The notes under the pieces: generated by a model
What the model saw: the letters and a program-made list of their open reading frames with translations, nothing else
The model's database searches: none
Told to the model about the DNA's origin: nothing
Assembly: GCA_041910055.1 (NCBI GenBank)
Contig: JAYRRP010000002.1
Span: 21,211-85,210 of the forward strand
Direction of reading: 5' to 3'
DNA: 64,000 nucleotides
Origin: Candidatus Saccharimonadales bacterium
GTDB lineage: Bacteria > Patescibacteriota > Saccharimonadia > Saccharimonadales > JAYRRP01
Part shown: positions 36,203-45,268 of the stretch, one piece after another
Numbering within the stretch: position 1 is the stretch's first letter
Layout of the letters: the number at the start of each line of letters is the position of its first letter
Program-made: the position numbers and the translations under genes

Positions 36203-38821
36203 TTATTTCCGTCTCTTACCGTGAGCTCGCCTTCGTTGCCGCTCCGCTTTACGTGCTTTCTTTCGTTGATCGGTGGTAGTAGTTTTCTTGGTACTACTTG
36301 TACGAAGCAAACTGTCAAAATCCTTCTCTTCAAACTCTTCAGCCTCAATTATCCTGTCTGCGTTATCAACTGATTGCCGTGCTGCTCGTGTTAATTCAGT
36401 TTCTATCGGTCCTTCAAGCTGTTCTTGGCTCACTGCTTCGGCATGGAAGAGGCTCCGCACTACATCATGCCGAAGTGTCTGCTGCATAGTTTCAAACAGG
36501 TGTTGGCCCTGTCGTCTGTATTCCACTAAAGGGTCGCGCTGGCCGACACTTATCCAGTGAATACCTTCACGTAAGTGATCCATGTTCTCCAGGTGCTGCA
36601 TCCAAAGGTTATCAAGAATTTGCAGGTAAATATCTCTCTCAACTTTGCGCAGAATTTCTGGGGTAAAAGCCAATTCTCGAGCTTCATAAAACTCAAGTGC
36701 CTCGCTCTTTAAGACCGTTTTAAATTGATCGACTTCAGTATTAAACAATCTGTCGAGTGTCGCATCATCAAACGCAAATACCTCATGAACCACAGCTTCA
36801 AATTCATCACTAGCAATCAGTGGTGATTCGGCTAAAGCCTCACTTTCGTCAGTTATTAGGGACTTGATACGACGACTAATATCCGGATTAGTCAGTATTT
36901 CCCGACGCATTGCATAGATAGCTTTGCGATGCCGATTCATGACGTCATCGTATTGCACCACATTCTTTCGTTGGTCAAAGTTAAAGCCTTCTACTTTCTT
37001 CTGTGCAGCTTCAAGACTTTTAGAAATTATCCGGTTTTCAATTGGGGTATCTTCGTCAACCTTTAAGCGATCCATAATGGCAGCAATCCGCTCACCCCCA
37101 AATATGCGCATAAGATCATCCTCAGTACTGACAAAAAATTGCGTGGTGCCCGGATCACCCTGACGGCCAGACCGACCCCTTAACTGGTTATCGGTTCGCC
37201 TCGCTTCATGCCTTTCACTCCCTAAGACAAATAGGCCGCCAAGTTCCTTGACCCCTTCCCCCAGTACGATGTCAGTACCCCGGCCCGCGATATTGGTAGC
37301 TAAAGTAACTGCTCCTTTTTGACCCGCCCGGGCGATGATACCAGCTTCACGCTCGTTATTCTTTGCATTAAGGACTTGATGCGACACACCAGCCTTATTC
37401 AAGAGATTGCCTAACAATTCATTTTTCTCAATAGAGGCAGTACCAAGTAAGACAGGCTGTCCACGTTGGTGCAATAATTTTACCTCCCGGGCAATAGACT
37501 TAAACTTAGCTTGCTCGCTGCGATAAATCCGATCCGGCCGGTCAGTACGGTTGATTTGCCTATTGGGAGGTATCTCTACGACCTCTAACTTATAAATCTG
37601 ATGAAATTCTTCGCTTTCGGTCATAGCAGTACCGGTCATACCGGCCAATTTTTGATATAACCTAAAATAATTCTGAAAGCTAATTGTGGCGAGCGTCATT
37701 GATTCTTCTTGAACTTCTACACCTTCCTTAGCCTCAATTGCTTGATGCAAACCCTCATTGTAACGACGGCCACGCAACAAGCGGCCCGTGAATTCATCAA
37801 CGATAACCACTTCGCCATCATTTGTCACCACATAGTCTTTATCACGCTTGAACAAGGCCTCGGCACGCAACGCTTGTTCAAGATGGTAAATTGTTCGAAT
37901 ATTATCGGTGCCGTAAAGATTATCAATACCCAATATACGCTCTACCTGCTCCACGCCATCATCTGTGAGCACCACCGCTTTACGTTTCTCATCAACTTCG
38001 TAATGTTTCTCAGGTTTAAGTTGGCGGGCTACTTTTGAAAACTGAGCATAGGCACTGCCGCTTGTGACAGCTGGTGCAGAAATAATTAAGGGGGTCCGGG
38101 CTTCATCAATGAGAATAGAATCCACTTCATCCACAATGGCATAATGCAATTCCCTTTGGCGAAGCTGGTCTACTTCCCTCACCATGTTATCGCGCAAATA
38201 ATCAAAACCGAATTCGTTGTTGGTCCCGTATGTCACATCGGCACGATAAGCTTCCATACGTGTAGCCGGACGCAAGTGGTGAAAACGGGGATCCTCATGG
38301 TTTTTATTGTGATAGTCAGGATCAAAAATATAAGATTCATCGGCAATTATCACTCCCGTAGTCAAACCGAGAAAATTATAGATCTGACCCATCCAACCGG
38401 CATCTCGCTGAGCTAAATAGTCGTTGACGGTAACCACGTGTACACCTTTTTCCGTTAACGCATTCAAGTAAACCGGTAAAGTCGCCACGAGAGTTTTACC
38501 TTCACCAGTTTTCATTTCAGCAACACTGCCTTCATGCAGAACCATGCCACCAATTAACTGCACATCAAAGTGTCTTTGCTTCAACACTCGGGAGGCCGCT
38601 TCACGAACCAATGCAAAGGCATCGGGTAATATCTTGTCTAATGATTCTTTGCCGAGGCGTTTTTTTAGTTTCTCGGTTTGTTGCTTGAGTTCTGTATCAG
38701 ACATTTTTTTATACTTCGGCGCAAGCCCGTTTACCACCTGCACCCTTTTGCGCAGGCGTTTTAGAGTCTTTACCTGGGGATCCCCTAGTACACGCTTCAG
38801 TACTTTCTTCATGCCGGACAT
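36203..38821 (-). CDS. secA: Preprotein translocase ATPase SecA
   Basis: 872 aa. MKTGEGKTLVATLP, DEAD-like IVDEVDSILIDEARTPLIIS, TNIAGRGTDI. The C-terminus is basic and lacks the Cys-rich zinc tail. Confidence 0.97.
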   Translation of the reverse strand: MSGMKKVLKRVLGDPQVKTLKRLRKRVQVVNGLAPKYKKMSDTELKQQTEKLKKRLGKESLDKILPDAFALVREAASRVLKQRHFDVQLIGGMVLHEGSVAEMKTGEGKTLVATLPVYLNALTEKGVHVVTVNDYLAQRDAGWMGQIYNFLGLTTGVIIADESYIFDPDYHNKNHEDPRFHHLRPATRMEAYRADVTYGTNNEFGFDYLRDNMVREVDQLRQRELHYAIVDEVDSILIDEARTPLIISAPAVTSGSAYAQFSKVARQLKPEKHYEVDEKRKAVVLTDDGVEQVERILGIDNLYGTDNIRTIYHLEQALRAEALFKRDKDYVVTNDGEVVIVDEFTGRLLRGRRYNEGLHQAIEAKEGVEVQEESMTLATISFQNYFRLYQKLAGMTGTAMTESEEFHQIYKLEVVEIPPNRQINRTDRPDRIYRSEQAKFKSIAREVKLLHQRGQPVLLGTASIEKNELLGNLLNKAGVSHQVLNAKNNEREAGIIARAGQKGAVTLATNIAGRGTDIVLGEGVKELGGLFVLGSERHEARRTDNQLRGRSGRQGDPGTTQFFVSTEDDLMRIFGGERIAAIMDRLKVDEDTPIENRIISKSLEAAQKKVEGFNFDQRKNVVQYDDVMNRHRKAIYAMRREILTNPDISRRIKSLITDESEALAESPLIASDEFEAVVHEVFAFDDATLDRLFNTEVDQFKTVLKSEALEFYEARELAFTPEILRKVERDIYLQILDNLWMQHLENMDHLREGIHWISVGQRDPLVEYRRQGQHLFETMQQTLRHDVVRSLFHAEAVSQEQLEGPIETELTRAARQSVDNADRIIEAEEFEEKDFDSLLRTSSTKKTTTTDQRKKARKAERQRRRAHGKRRK

Positions 38822-38906
38822 TACCTCACGTCACCAAATTAGCTATCAGCTATTTATTGTAGCTCATTTCACGACCAGATGTGACGTTATTTTACCAACA
38901 AACTTA

Positions 38907-39266
38907 TTACCCGCGACGTGAGAGGCGACGAAGAAGCCGCCGGTGCAAACGAAAAGAGCCCTGGGTCTCTTTATAGCGTTTGAGCTGATTCTTGAGTTTG
39001 GCAGCCACTATATCAATGGCGGCAAACATATTTATAGTCGTCTCTTTTGCAGTAAGCGTATCATGCGGCAGATGGAGAATCACCTCGCAACTACATTCTT
39101 TCTTCGCTTTTACTTTGTGCTGCTGAAGTTTTACCTCAGCGTGAAGAGATTTACGGGCATGCCTAGAAATATACTGATCCAAACGGCCTATTTTTTTTGC
39201 TGCATACTTACGAACGTCATCATCAAGTGTAAAGTGGATACCACTAATTTCAAGACGTGAAATCAT
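38907..39266 (-). CDS. hpf: Ribosome hibernation factor, short HPF/RaiA (S30AE) type
   Basis: 119 aa. MISRLEISGIHFTLDDDVRKYAAKKIGRLDQY. The hpf-secA-prfB synteny matches that in Firmicutes. Confidence 0.8.
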   Translation of the reverse strand: MISRLEISGIHFTLDDDVRKYAAKKIGRLDQYISRHARKSLHAEVKLQQHKVKAKKECSCEVILHLPHDTLTAKETTINMFAAIDIVAAKLKNQLKRYKETQGSFRLHRRLLRRLSRRG

Positions 39267-40558
39267 ATTCGTTCTCTCCCTCCCATATAAGGAATTAAGA
39301 CCTTTGGTATTGCTACGCTGCCATCAGCTTGCTGAAAATTTTCAATAATTGCAATTAACGGACGTTGAGAAAACACCGTCGCATCATTGGTATGGACAAG
39401 CTCCATTGTTCCATCTGGTTTTTTAACACGAATCTTAAGACGTCTCGCTTGATAGTCAGTCATGTAATCAGCTGTATGGGTTTCCCGGTATTTACCTTGC
39501 CCAGGTAACCATACTTCCACATCCCACCCCCGCGCATTCGGTTTGCCAATATCAGCCGTGCACTTATTCAGAACGCGATAGGGTAAATCCAATGCCTGCA
39601 TAAGATGTTCCTGTAAAGCAATCATTAAAAGGTGCTCCTGTAAAGCTGATAAGGAAGAACTTAGGCTCTCCATCTCCAGCTTGTCGAATTGGTGCATACG
39701 AATAATCCCTTCAGTGTCTTTGCCATAACTGCCAGCTTCTTTGCGGAAAGAGGTGGCAAAACCGATATAACGAAGCGGCAACTGGCTCTCGAGCAATACT
39801 TCATTGGCGTGCATACTCCCGAGTACATGCTCCGCGCTGCCTTGCAGCCAAAGTTCTTCGCCCTCAATTTTATAACGGTCATCTCGAGGATCAAGACGAT
39901 CCATTGCTTCGTACATATCCGTTTTAATCATAAGAGGAGGCAATACTGGGGTAAAAGGTGTGTCAGCTACCTCCAAACCATTTTTGGCAATTACCTCCGC
40001 CAGAACCATGCGATCGGTCAGCTGATCAAGAGCAAACTGCATTAATGCCCATTGCAGACGCACTAAATCTCCCTTGATATAAGCAAATCGCGCTCCGGCC
40101 ACTTTTGCTGCTCGTTTTTTATCTATCCACATTCGGTTTTCAGCCAATTCCCAATGATTTTTGGGTTTAAATGAAAAATTGGGTGGCTCTCCGACTGTCT
40201 TTGCCACAACATTATCAGCCTCACTTTTCCCAACTGGCACATCTTTATAAGGCATATTGGGTACCTGCTTCAATAAGGTAAGGTATTCACTATCTAGCGA
40301 AACTAATCTGTGTTCAGCATCGGCAAGCTCAGTTTTTAGCTGACGAGCAACCTGGGTTTTCTCAGTATCAGGCCCCTCACCCAGCGGTTGCTTGGCCATT
40401 TGTTTACGCCATCGGCGTAAATCCTCAACCTTCTGCAACATTTCCCGACGCGCCTGATCAAAGCCCAGCAACTGTTTAATATCGACACTATACCCTTTTT
40501 GACTTGATTTATCGGCTACTTCCTCAGGGTGTGAACGAATAAACTGAATGTCAAGCAT
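39263..40558 (-). CDS. serS: Serine--tRNA ligase
   Basis: 431 aa. N-terminal coiled-coil arm (MLDIQFIRSHPEEV...) followed by a class II catalytic core. Confidence 0.92.
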   Translation of the reverse strand: MLDIQFIRSHPEEVADKSSQKGYSVDIKQLLGFDQARREMLQKVEDLRRWRKQMAKQPLGEGPDTEKTQVARQLKTELADAEHRLVSLDSEYLTLLKQVPNMPYKDVPVGKSEADNVVAKTVGEPPNFSFKPKNHWELAENRMWIDKKRAAKVAGARFAYIKGDLVRLQWALMQFALDQLTDRMVLAEVIAKNGLEVADTPFTPVLPPLMIKTDMYEAMDRLDPRDDRYKIEGEELWLQGSAEHVLGSMHANEVLLESQLPLRYIGFATSFRKEAGSYGKDTEGIIRMHQFDKLEMESLSSSLSALQEHLLMIALQEHLMQALDLPYRVLNKCTADIGKPNARGWDVEVWLPGQGKYRETHTADYMTDYQARRLKIRVKKPDGTMELVHTNDATVFSQRPLIAIIENFQQADGSVAIPKVLIPYMGGRERI

Positions 40559-40605
40559 GGAACCATTATATAACGTATTAAAACGCTAAGCGCTCAATTG
40601 AAGTT

Positions 40606-41445
40606 TCATTTCAGTAACTCAAGGATTGGACCAGATGGTCTGGAGACAGGTTTATGCTTTTTCTTATCTTTTTGCATATGTGTAAGCGTAAGCTGTGTGC
40701 GTTGTTTCGCATATTCACAATACTCACAGACACCCCCCATGGCAGCCACTCCCACAGGTGGCATATCACCTTCCATACATTGCTTCATTTCTCCCAGAGC
40801 TGGTTCAATCCAGCCATCATTCCCAATATAAGCTATAATCTTGGTCTGAAATTCAACCTTATCGTAAAAGCCATCCAAATCAAGCCGGCCGTTGGTATAA
40901 ACAAAATAGCCAGTATCGCTTACCTGAAAGCCATTCTGCCTAAGCAGCCACTGATAAACTTCCAATTGGCGCTTATAAGATATTTGCCAAGGTGCCTCCA
41001 ATGAGACTTCGCCCGCCTTAGCGGTGGCTTTATAGTCAACGACTATCAACTTCCCTGATTCATCCACCCATAGATCGTCAATTGCCCCAAAAACGCGCAG
41101 ATTAGTAGGAGTATGCAATGTCCGAACACCAGTAAGGTTGTGGCGCCATTGCGGAAGGTCATCATGCTGCAGGGGCACTGCTTTAATCTGATTGTCCGTC
41201 ATCCACGGATGCGGCTCCTGTTTTTGACGGTAAGTATCAAATTCTTTTTTCAGTAACTCATCAATTGCCTTGTTAATTTGGAAGGGCGGCATTGATGGAC
41301 GGGATATTTTAAGCCGGACGTCCAGCCAAAAACAACGCGGGCATTGCATAAACAGCTCGATTTTACTTCGGCTCACCTCAAATGGCACTATTTGGCCCGG
41401 TTTGTAAGGATTGCGTCGCTTCCGCCATTGATTTGAAATTGCCAT
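40606..41445 (-). CDS. PD-(D/E)XK nuclease with Cas4/AddB-like Cys cluster
   Basis: I start it at ATG 41445 (MAISNQWRKRR...). One N-terminal Cys pair (CPRCFW) plus a C-terminal CEYCEY suggests a 4Fe-4S cluster. The nuclease motif is DDLWVDESGKLIVVDYK. Confidence 0.6.
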   Translation of the reverse strand: MAISNQWRKRRNPYKPGQIVPFEVSRSKIELFMQCPRCFWLDVRLKISRPSMPPFQINKAIDELLKKEFDTYRQKQEPHPWMTDNQIKAVPLQHDDLPQWRHNLTGVRTLHTPTNLRVFGAIDDLWVDESGKLIVVDYKATAKAGEVSLEAPWQISYKRQLEVYQWLLRQNGFQVSDTGYFVYTNGRLDLDGFYDKVEFQTKIIAYIGNDGWIEPALGEMKQCMEGDMPPVGVAAMGGVCEYCEYAKQRTQLTLTHMQKDKKKHKPVSRPSGPILELLK

Positions 41446-41450
41446 GGCTT

Positions 41451-42155
41451 TTATTGTAACAGTTGGGCTACCACCACCGCACAAGCAGTTTCGGCTCGTA
41501 GAGTAAAGTTATGAAGATTCATCTTGCGTAAATGATATATCTTAAATTGTTGCTTTTCTTCTTCACTCCATCCGCCTTCCGGACCTACAAAAACTCCTAC
41601 TGTCTTTTCACTCAGCTGGCTATCAGGAGATTGCTCTGTATTTCTTTCACACCAATAAGTTGCCATTTTAGGAGTGTACTCATCGAGTGCTGTCCGCAAA
41701 CTAATTGGTTGGCGTATAGATGGTAAGCTGCTGCGGCCGCATTGCTCAGTTGCCTCGATCATAATTTTGTGCCAACGCTCCAACTGACTATCCGATAATG
41801 ATTTTTTTTCGCTGCGGGCACTTATTATGGGCACTAAATGGCCAACCCCTAGTTCTGTGCATTTCTGCACCACCCAATCGTTCTTATCTCTTTTTAGTAG
41901 TGACCAAAAGAGAAATACTTCCTTCTTAGGCAAATTACGAACAGTCTCCGTTACTAACTCCAACTCAGCTTCGTTCTCATTCAAGCTTATAATCCTGTAG
42001 ATTCGCTCATGCTGAACCCCATCAAACAAGACTAACTCCTGCCCAGGCCGAAACCGCAACACTCGATTCCATTGCTGCAACAGGCCACGATCATGAAGCC
42101 ACATAGTCTGCCGTAGTATCGTGTCAGGCTCGATATAAAAACGATGAAGTTTCAT
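41451..42155 (-). CDS. rsmE: 16S rRNA (uracil1498-N3)-methyltransferase RsmE
   Basis: 234 aa. MKLHRFYIEPD N-terminus (PUA-like) and C-terminal SPOUT motifs (GPEGGWSEEE, LRAETA). Confidence 0.8.
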   Translation of the reverse strand: MKLHRFYIEPDTILRQTMWLHDRGLLQQWNRVLRFRPGQELVLFDGVQHERIYRIISLNENEAELELVTETVRNLPKKEVFLFWSLLKRDKNDWVVQKCTELGVGHLVPIISARSEKKSLSDSQLERWHKIMIEATEQCGRSSLPSIRQPISLRTALDEYTPKMATYWCERNTEQSPDSQLSEKTVGVFVGPEGGWSEEEKQQFKIYHLRKMNLHNFTLRAETACAVVVAQLLQ

Positions 42156-42203
42156 CTGTGCAGCGATCTTGCCTCTTTACTTGCTACTCTTGTAGCGTAG
42201 ACA

Positions 42204-43025
42204 TTAGGGACGCAAAGCACCGAAGAAAATCTGCCAGGCCAGCGCCGTTTTAGCTACTAGGCTCAATATCATATAAATTCGTTCCCCATACAGATAATCT
42301 GCCCACTTTCCTTGCCGGCGATACTGCAGGAACATGTTGACCGCAAAGCTCATGAAGAAAACAAATAAGCTTACGTAAATCCAATAGACAAATGCAGGAA
42401 TTTTACCAGAGCCATATACCCGCGCACCCCATAGGTAAATCGTGAAGACAACCCAGGGCACAATTCCGGCTAACCAACCAATTTTGTAACTTAACCAATC
42501 GGTTGTTTTCTGACCCAGGTTCTGTACTTCCATGATAAGCCCTAACAGGCTCATGACCGCACAAAGCGTAAATATCATAATGAGACTGGAGAGATCGTAT
42601 ACACCAGTGAGTAAGCCGATAGCCACCAGCATTGTGCTCGCACTAAAGGCATATTCGACCCAGCGCGTCCGATTAATACCCTGCCGTAATCCGGCTTCAT
42701 ACCTTTGGCGATAGACGGTTGCCAGAAATCCGTGGGCGATCGCCGACATGAAGAAGAAAGCTGCAATCAGCCAGGCCATACGCACATCAAACAAGTGGCG
42801 CATGGCAGGAGCGAGGACAGGTTTACCGCTTGCCTGAGTCGCCAACATATTCGTTGTTAAATAACTAGTCGTGACAGGAAAAGTAACTGCCTTGCTTAAA
42901 ACAAGGACTGCAATACCCTGGACCGCATGCAACAAGGCTAAACTTACGTTCCATTTATAAAGATTTGGTTCTTTGACAGATGTGGTAGATTTTTTTATCT
43001 TTTTGGTTGCTTGCTTTTTTGCCAT
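42204..43025 (-). CDS. Heliorhodopsin (7-TM retinal protein, inverted topology)
   Basis: 273 aa. From memory it is collinear with heliorhodopsin 48C12: NRTRWVEYAFSASTMLV (Glu counterion), GWLAGIVPW, PAFVYWIYVSLFVFFMSFAVNMFLQYRRQGKWADYLYGERIYMILSLVAKTALAWQIFFGALRP (Schiff-base Lys259, codon 42251-42249). His33 and His98 are also conserved. Confidence 0.85.
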   Translation of the reverse strand: MAKKQATKKIKKSTTSVKEPNLYKWNVSLALLHAVQGIAVLVLSKAVTFPVTTSYLTTNMLATQASGKPVLAPAMRHLFDVRMAWLIAAFFFMSAIAHGFLATVYRQRYEAGLRQGINRTRWVEYAFSASTMLVAIGLLTGVYDLSSLIMIFTLCAVMSLLGLIMEVQNLGQKTTDWLSYKIGWLAGIVPWVVFTIYLWGARVYGSGKIPAFVYWIYVSLFVFFMSFAVNMFLQYRRQGKWADYLYGERIYMILSLVAKTALAWQIFFGALRP

Positions 43026-43118
43026 GGCATCACTATAGCATGATTTACAGCTTAGAAGTTATTTTATTCGCCTTTGGACACTATGCTTTGCGGTTAACTT
43101 CTAGAAACTTCATCTATA

Positions 43119-44654
43119 TTAAGCTTGGAGTCGTAGACGTTTTATAAGCCAGTCACGCGGTAAAATGCTCAAAAACCATCCCGCTCTCGGTCCGGATTGT
43201 TGATCAATCAGTACTTTGTAAAGAGTTCCAAATAGTTCTTGGGCTGGCAAATCATGCGTACCCTTAAATTCGTAAATTGTTTTATGAAACCACTCTCCAT
43301 CTGCGTCTATTGGAGCCATCTCTACCTTCGCTGCAAGTTGGCAAAGGTAGTTCCTTTGTGGGTCAGTTAGCTGTAGGCCATCTAGTGATTTACGAAGTTC
43401 AAACTTCACATCGTCCGGCGCCCATTTATCAAGCCAGGCATCAATAAAGCGAAGTTCTTTGCTAATAACCTCTGCTTGCTGTTGAACCGTATCGGCATGT
43501 TCCGTACGACGAATAATATCTAGGGTTTTAACTTTATCACGCAGGGCTGCTTGATAACTGGCCACTAGATGTGAAAATGGCACATTACTGATAGTATTTC
43601 CACCTTTAATAGGGTGAGTGCAAATATACAATAGTAGTTCATCTTCTTTCGTTTTATCCGGCTTTGCCAGAAGTTCAGCGAAGTCATCAATTAGACGCAC
43701 TACACCATCTGTCTCATCAAAAAAAAGCTGCTTGCTTGGCGGATACCGCAAGACAAAATAGCGTACGATCTCTGGCGGTAAGACTTCCAGGAGTTCTGAA
43801 ATGGTGACAGTATTACCGGCACTCTTACTCATCTTCTTGGTCTCACCTGAACGGTTAATAAACTGGTATGGAACTGGTAACGGTGCTTTACCCCCAAAAA
43901 TATCTTTTACGAGGGCCGCACCAGTGTCATAGCTTCCTCCCTTTGCAGCATGGTCACGTCCAAACGGCTCTACATGGACAGACAATAGCCACCACCGTGC
44001 TGGCCAGTCAAGTCGCCAATCAAGCTTCACGTCACCCTTATCGTAGCTAATAGTCTGTTCTTGTCCTTTTATATCTTTATAGGAGAGCTGTTTCTTTTCA
44101 GTATCAAGGCGAACAAATGGGCGTTTTTTTAGATAGCCATCTTCGTTTACCTGAATTGGCGACCATTCTTCCCCTAAACTTCGGCCTGATACATCCTCAA
44201 GCACACGCTTGGCCTCAGAGATGTTCATAAGTGTTTTCTCAATCGACGGAACAAAATAACCACTTCGGTATTTCTCATGACTGCGTACGACTTCCATATC
44301 AATACCAAGTACATCAACATTTTTAATGAAGTCACTTAGGTAGTAATTTGCATATGAGTCAGCCTCCGGCTCTGGTGAAGGTACATCACAAACAGGTTTA
44401 CCAAGGTATTTTGAAAACTCCTCTGGCACGCCAGTGGGTATTTTACGCAGACCATCAAGATCATCAACAAAATGCACATGATGCGCCTCACGACCACGCT
44501 TACGTAGAATCAGCAGTATTGCATCGGCAGTTAAGACTTCGCGAAGCGTACCAATATGATACTTCCCTGATGGTGAAACTCCAGAGGATATCAAAACAGC
44601 GTCGCTTGGGTATAAGCGTTCTAACTCGTCAGCAATTTGATTGAGCCACAGCAT
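43119..44654 (-). CDS. lysK: Class I lysine--tRNA ligase (archaeal-type LysRS)
   Basis: 511 aa. SGVSPSGKYHIGTLREV (HIGH-like motif of class I LysRS), FVDDLDGLRKIP and KMSKSAGN. Confidence 0.88.
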   Translation of the reverse strand: MLWLNQIADELERLYPSDAVLISSGVSPSGKYHIGTLREVLTADAILLILRKRGREAHHVHFVDDLDGLRKIPTGVPEEFSKYLGKPVCDVPSPEPEADSYANYYLSDFIKNVDVLGIDMEVVRSHEKYRSGYFVPSIEKTLMNISEAKRVLEDVSGRSLGEEWSPIQVNEDGYLKKRPFVRLDTEKKQLSYKDIKGQEQTISYDKGDVKLDWRLDWPARWWLLSVHVEPFGRDHAAKGGSYDTGAALVKDIFGGKAPLPVPYQFINRSGETKKMSKSAGNTVTISELLEVLPPEIVRYFVLRYPPSKQLFFDETDGVVRLIDDFAELLAKPDKTKEDELLLYICTHPIKGGNTISNVPFSHLVASYQAALRDKVKTLDIIRRTEHADTVQQQAEVISKELRFIDAWLDKWAPDDVKFELRKSLDGLQLTDPQRNYLCQLAAKVEMAPIDADGEWFHKTIYEFKGTHDLPAQELFGTLYKVLIDQQSGPRAGWFLSILPRDWLIKRLRLQA

Positions 44655-44697
44655 CTCTATTTCAAGAGTAACTGATTTTGGGGCACGCTGCCAGGGT

Positions 44698-45159
44698 TTA
44701 GCTAATATCTACAATCCCATAGGTCATAGTTTCAGCCGGTGTCTTTATCTCAACTTTGTCACCAACTTTTTTGCCAAGCAATGCCTGTCCAATTGGTGAT
44801 TCGTCGGAAATTTTACCATTTAAGGGGTCGGCTTCTACTGTTCCAACTACCTGGAATTCCTTAGACTGACCTTTTTTTGCCTTTAGTTTCACTACTGAAC
44901 CAAGTTGGACTTTACTGTCGCCACGCGGTTTAGTAATAATTTCAACATTCTTTAGTATGTGATCGATCTCGGCCACCCGGCTTTCTACTCGCTCCTGTTC
45001 TTGACGCGCTGCACTGTACTCGGCGTTTTCATTCAAGTCTCCAAATTCGCGGGCTGCTTTTATGCGCTCTGCAATTGGCGCCCGCTGAGCGACCAGTTCA
45101 TCATATTCAGCTTGCAGCTCTGCCACACCATCTTTGGTAAGTCGGAATTGTTTCTTCAT
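44698..45159 (-). CDS. greA: Transcription elongation factor GreA
   Basis: 153 aa. Coiled-coil N-terminus with REFGDLNENAEYSAARQEQ and a C-terminal FKBP-like domain. Confidence 0.92.
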   Translation of the reverse strand: MKKQFRLTKDGVAELQAEYDELVAQRAPIAERIKAAREFGDLNENAEYSAARQEQERVESRVAEIDHILKNVEIITKPRGDSKVQLGSVVKLKAKKGQSKEFQVVGTVEADPLNGKISDESPIGQALLGKKVGDKVEIKTPAETMTYGIVDIS

Positions 45160-45214
45160 TTATCTATACATACTCCTTTGATAACCCTGCTCAAAGCCCT
45201 CCGTATTCGCTGGC

Positions 45215-45243
45215 ATTATACCAAGCATTGGACACCTTATCCA
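45215..45243 (-). promoter_or_regulatory. Candidate extended -10 promoter for greA
   Basis: On the minus strand: TGGATA (45243-45238), 17 nt, then TGgTATAAT with TATAAT at 45220-45215. This is about 56 nt upstream of ATG 45159. Confidence 0.4.
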
Positions 45244-45268
45244 CGCCAAGTTCGTGGCCTTGCCTGAT

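Noticed and set aside
36175-36348. Upstream extension of the M16 peptidase ORF into secA
   Set aside because: It overlaps the secA 3' end and the sequence is basic and low-complexity. ATG 36174 lies just after the secA stop.
38544-38921. 125-aa plus-strand ORF spanning the secA 5' end and hpf 3' end
   Set aside because: It is antisense to two confident genes.
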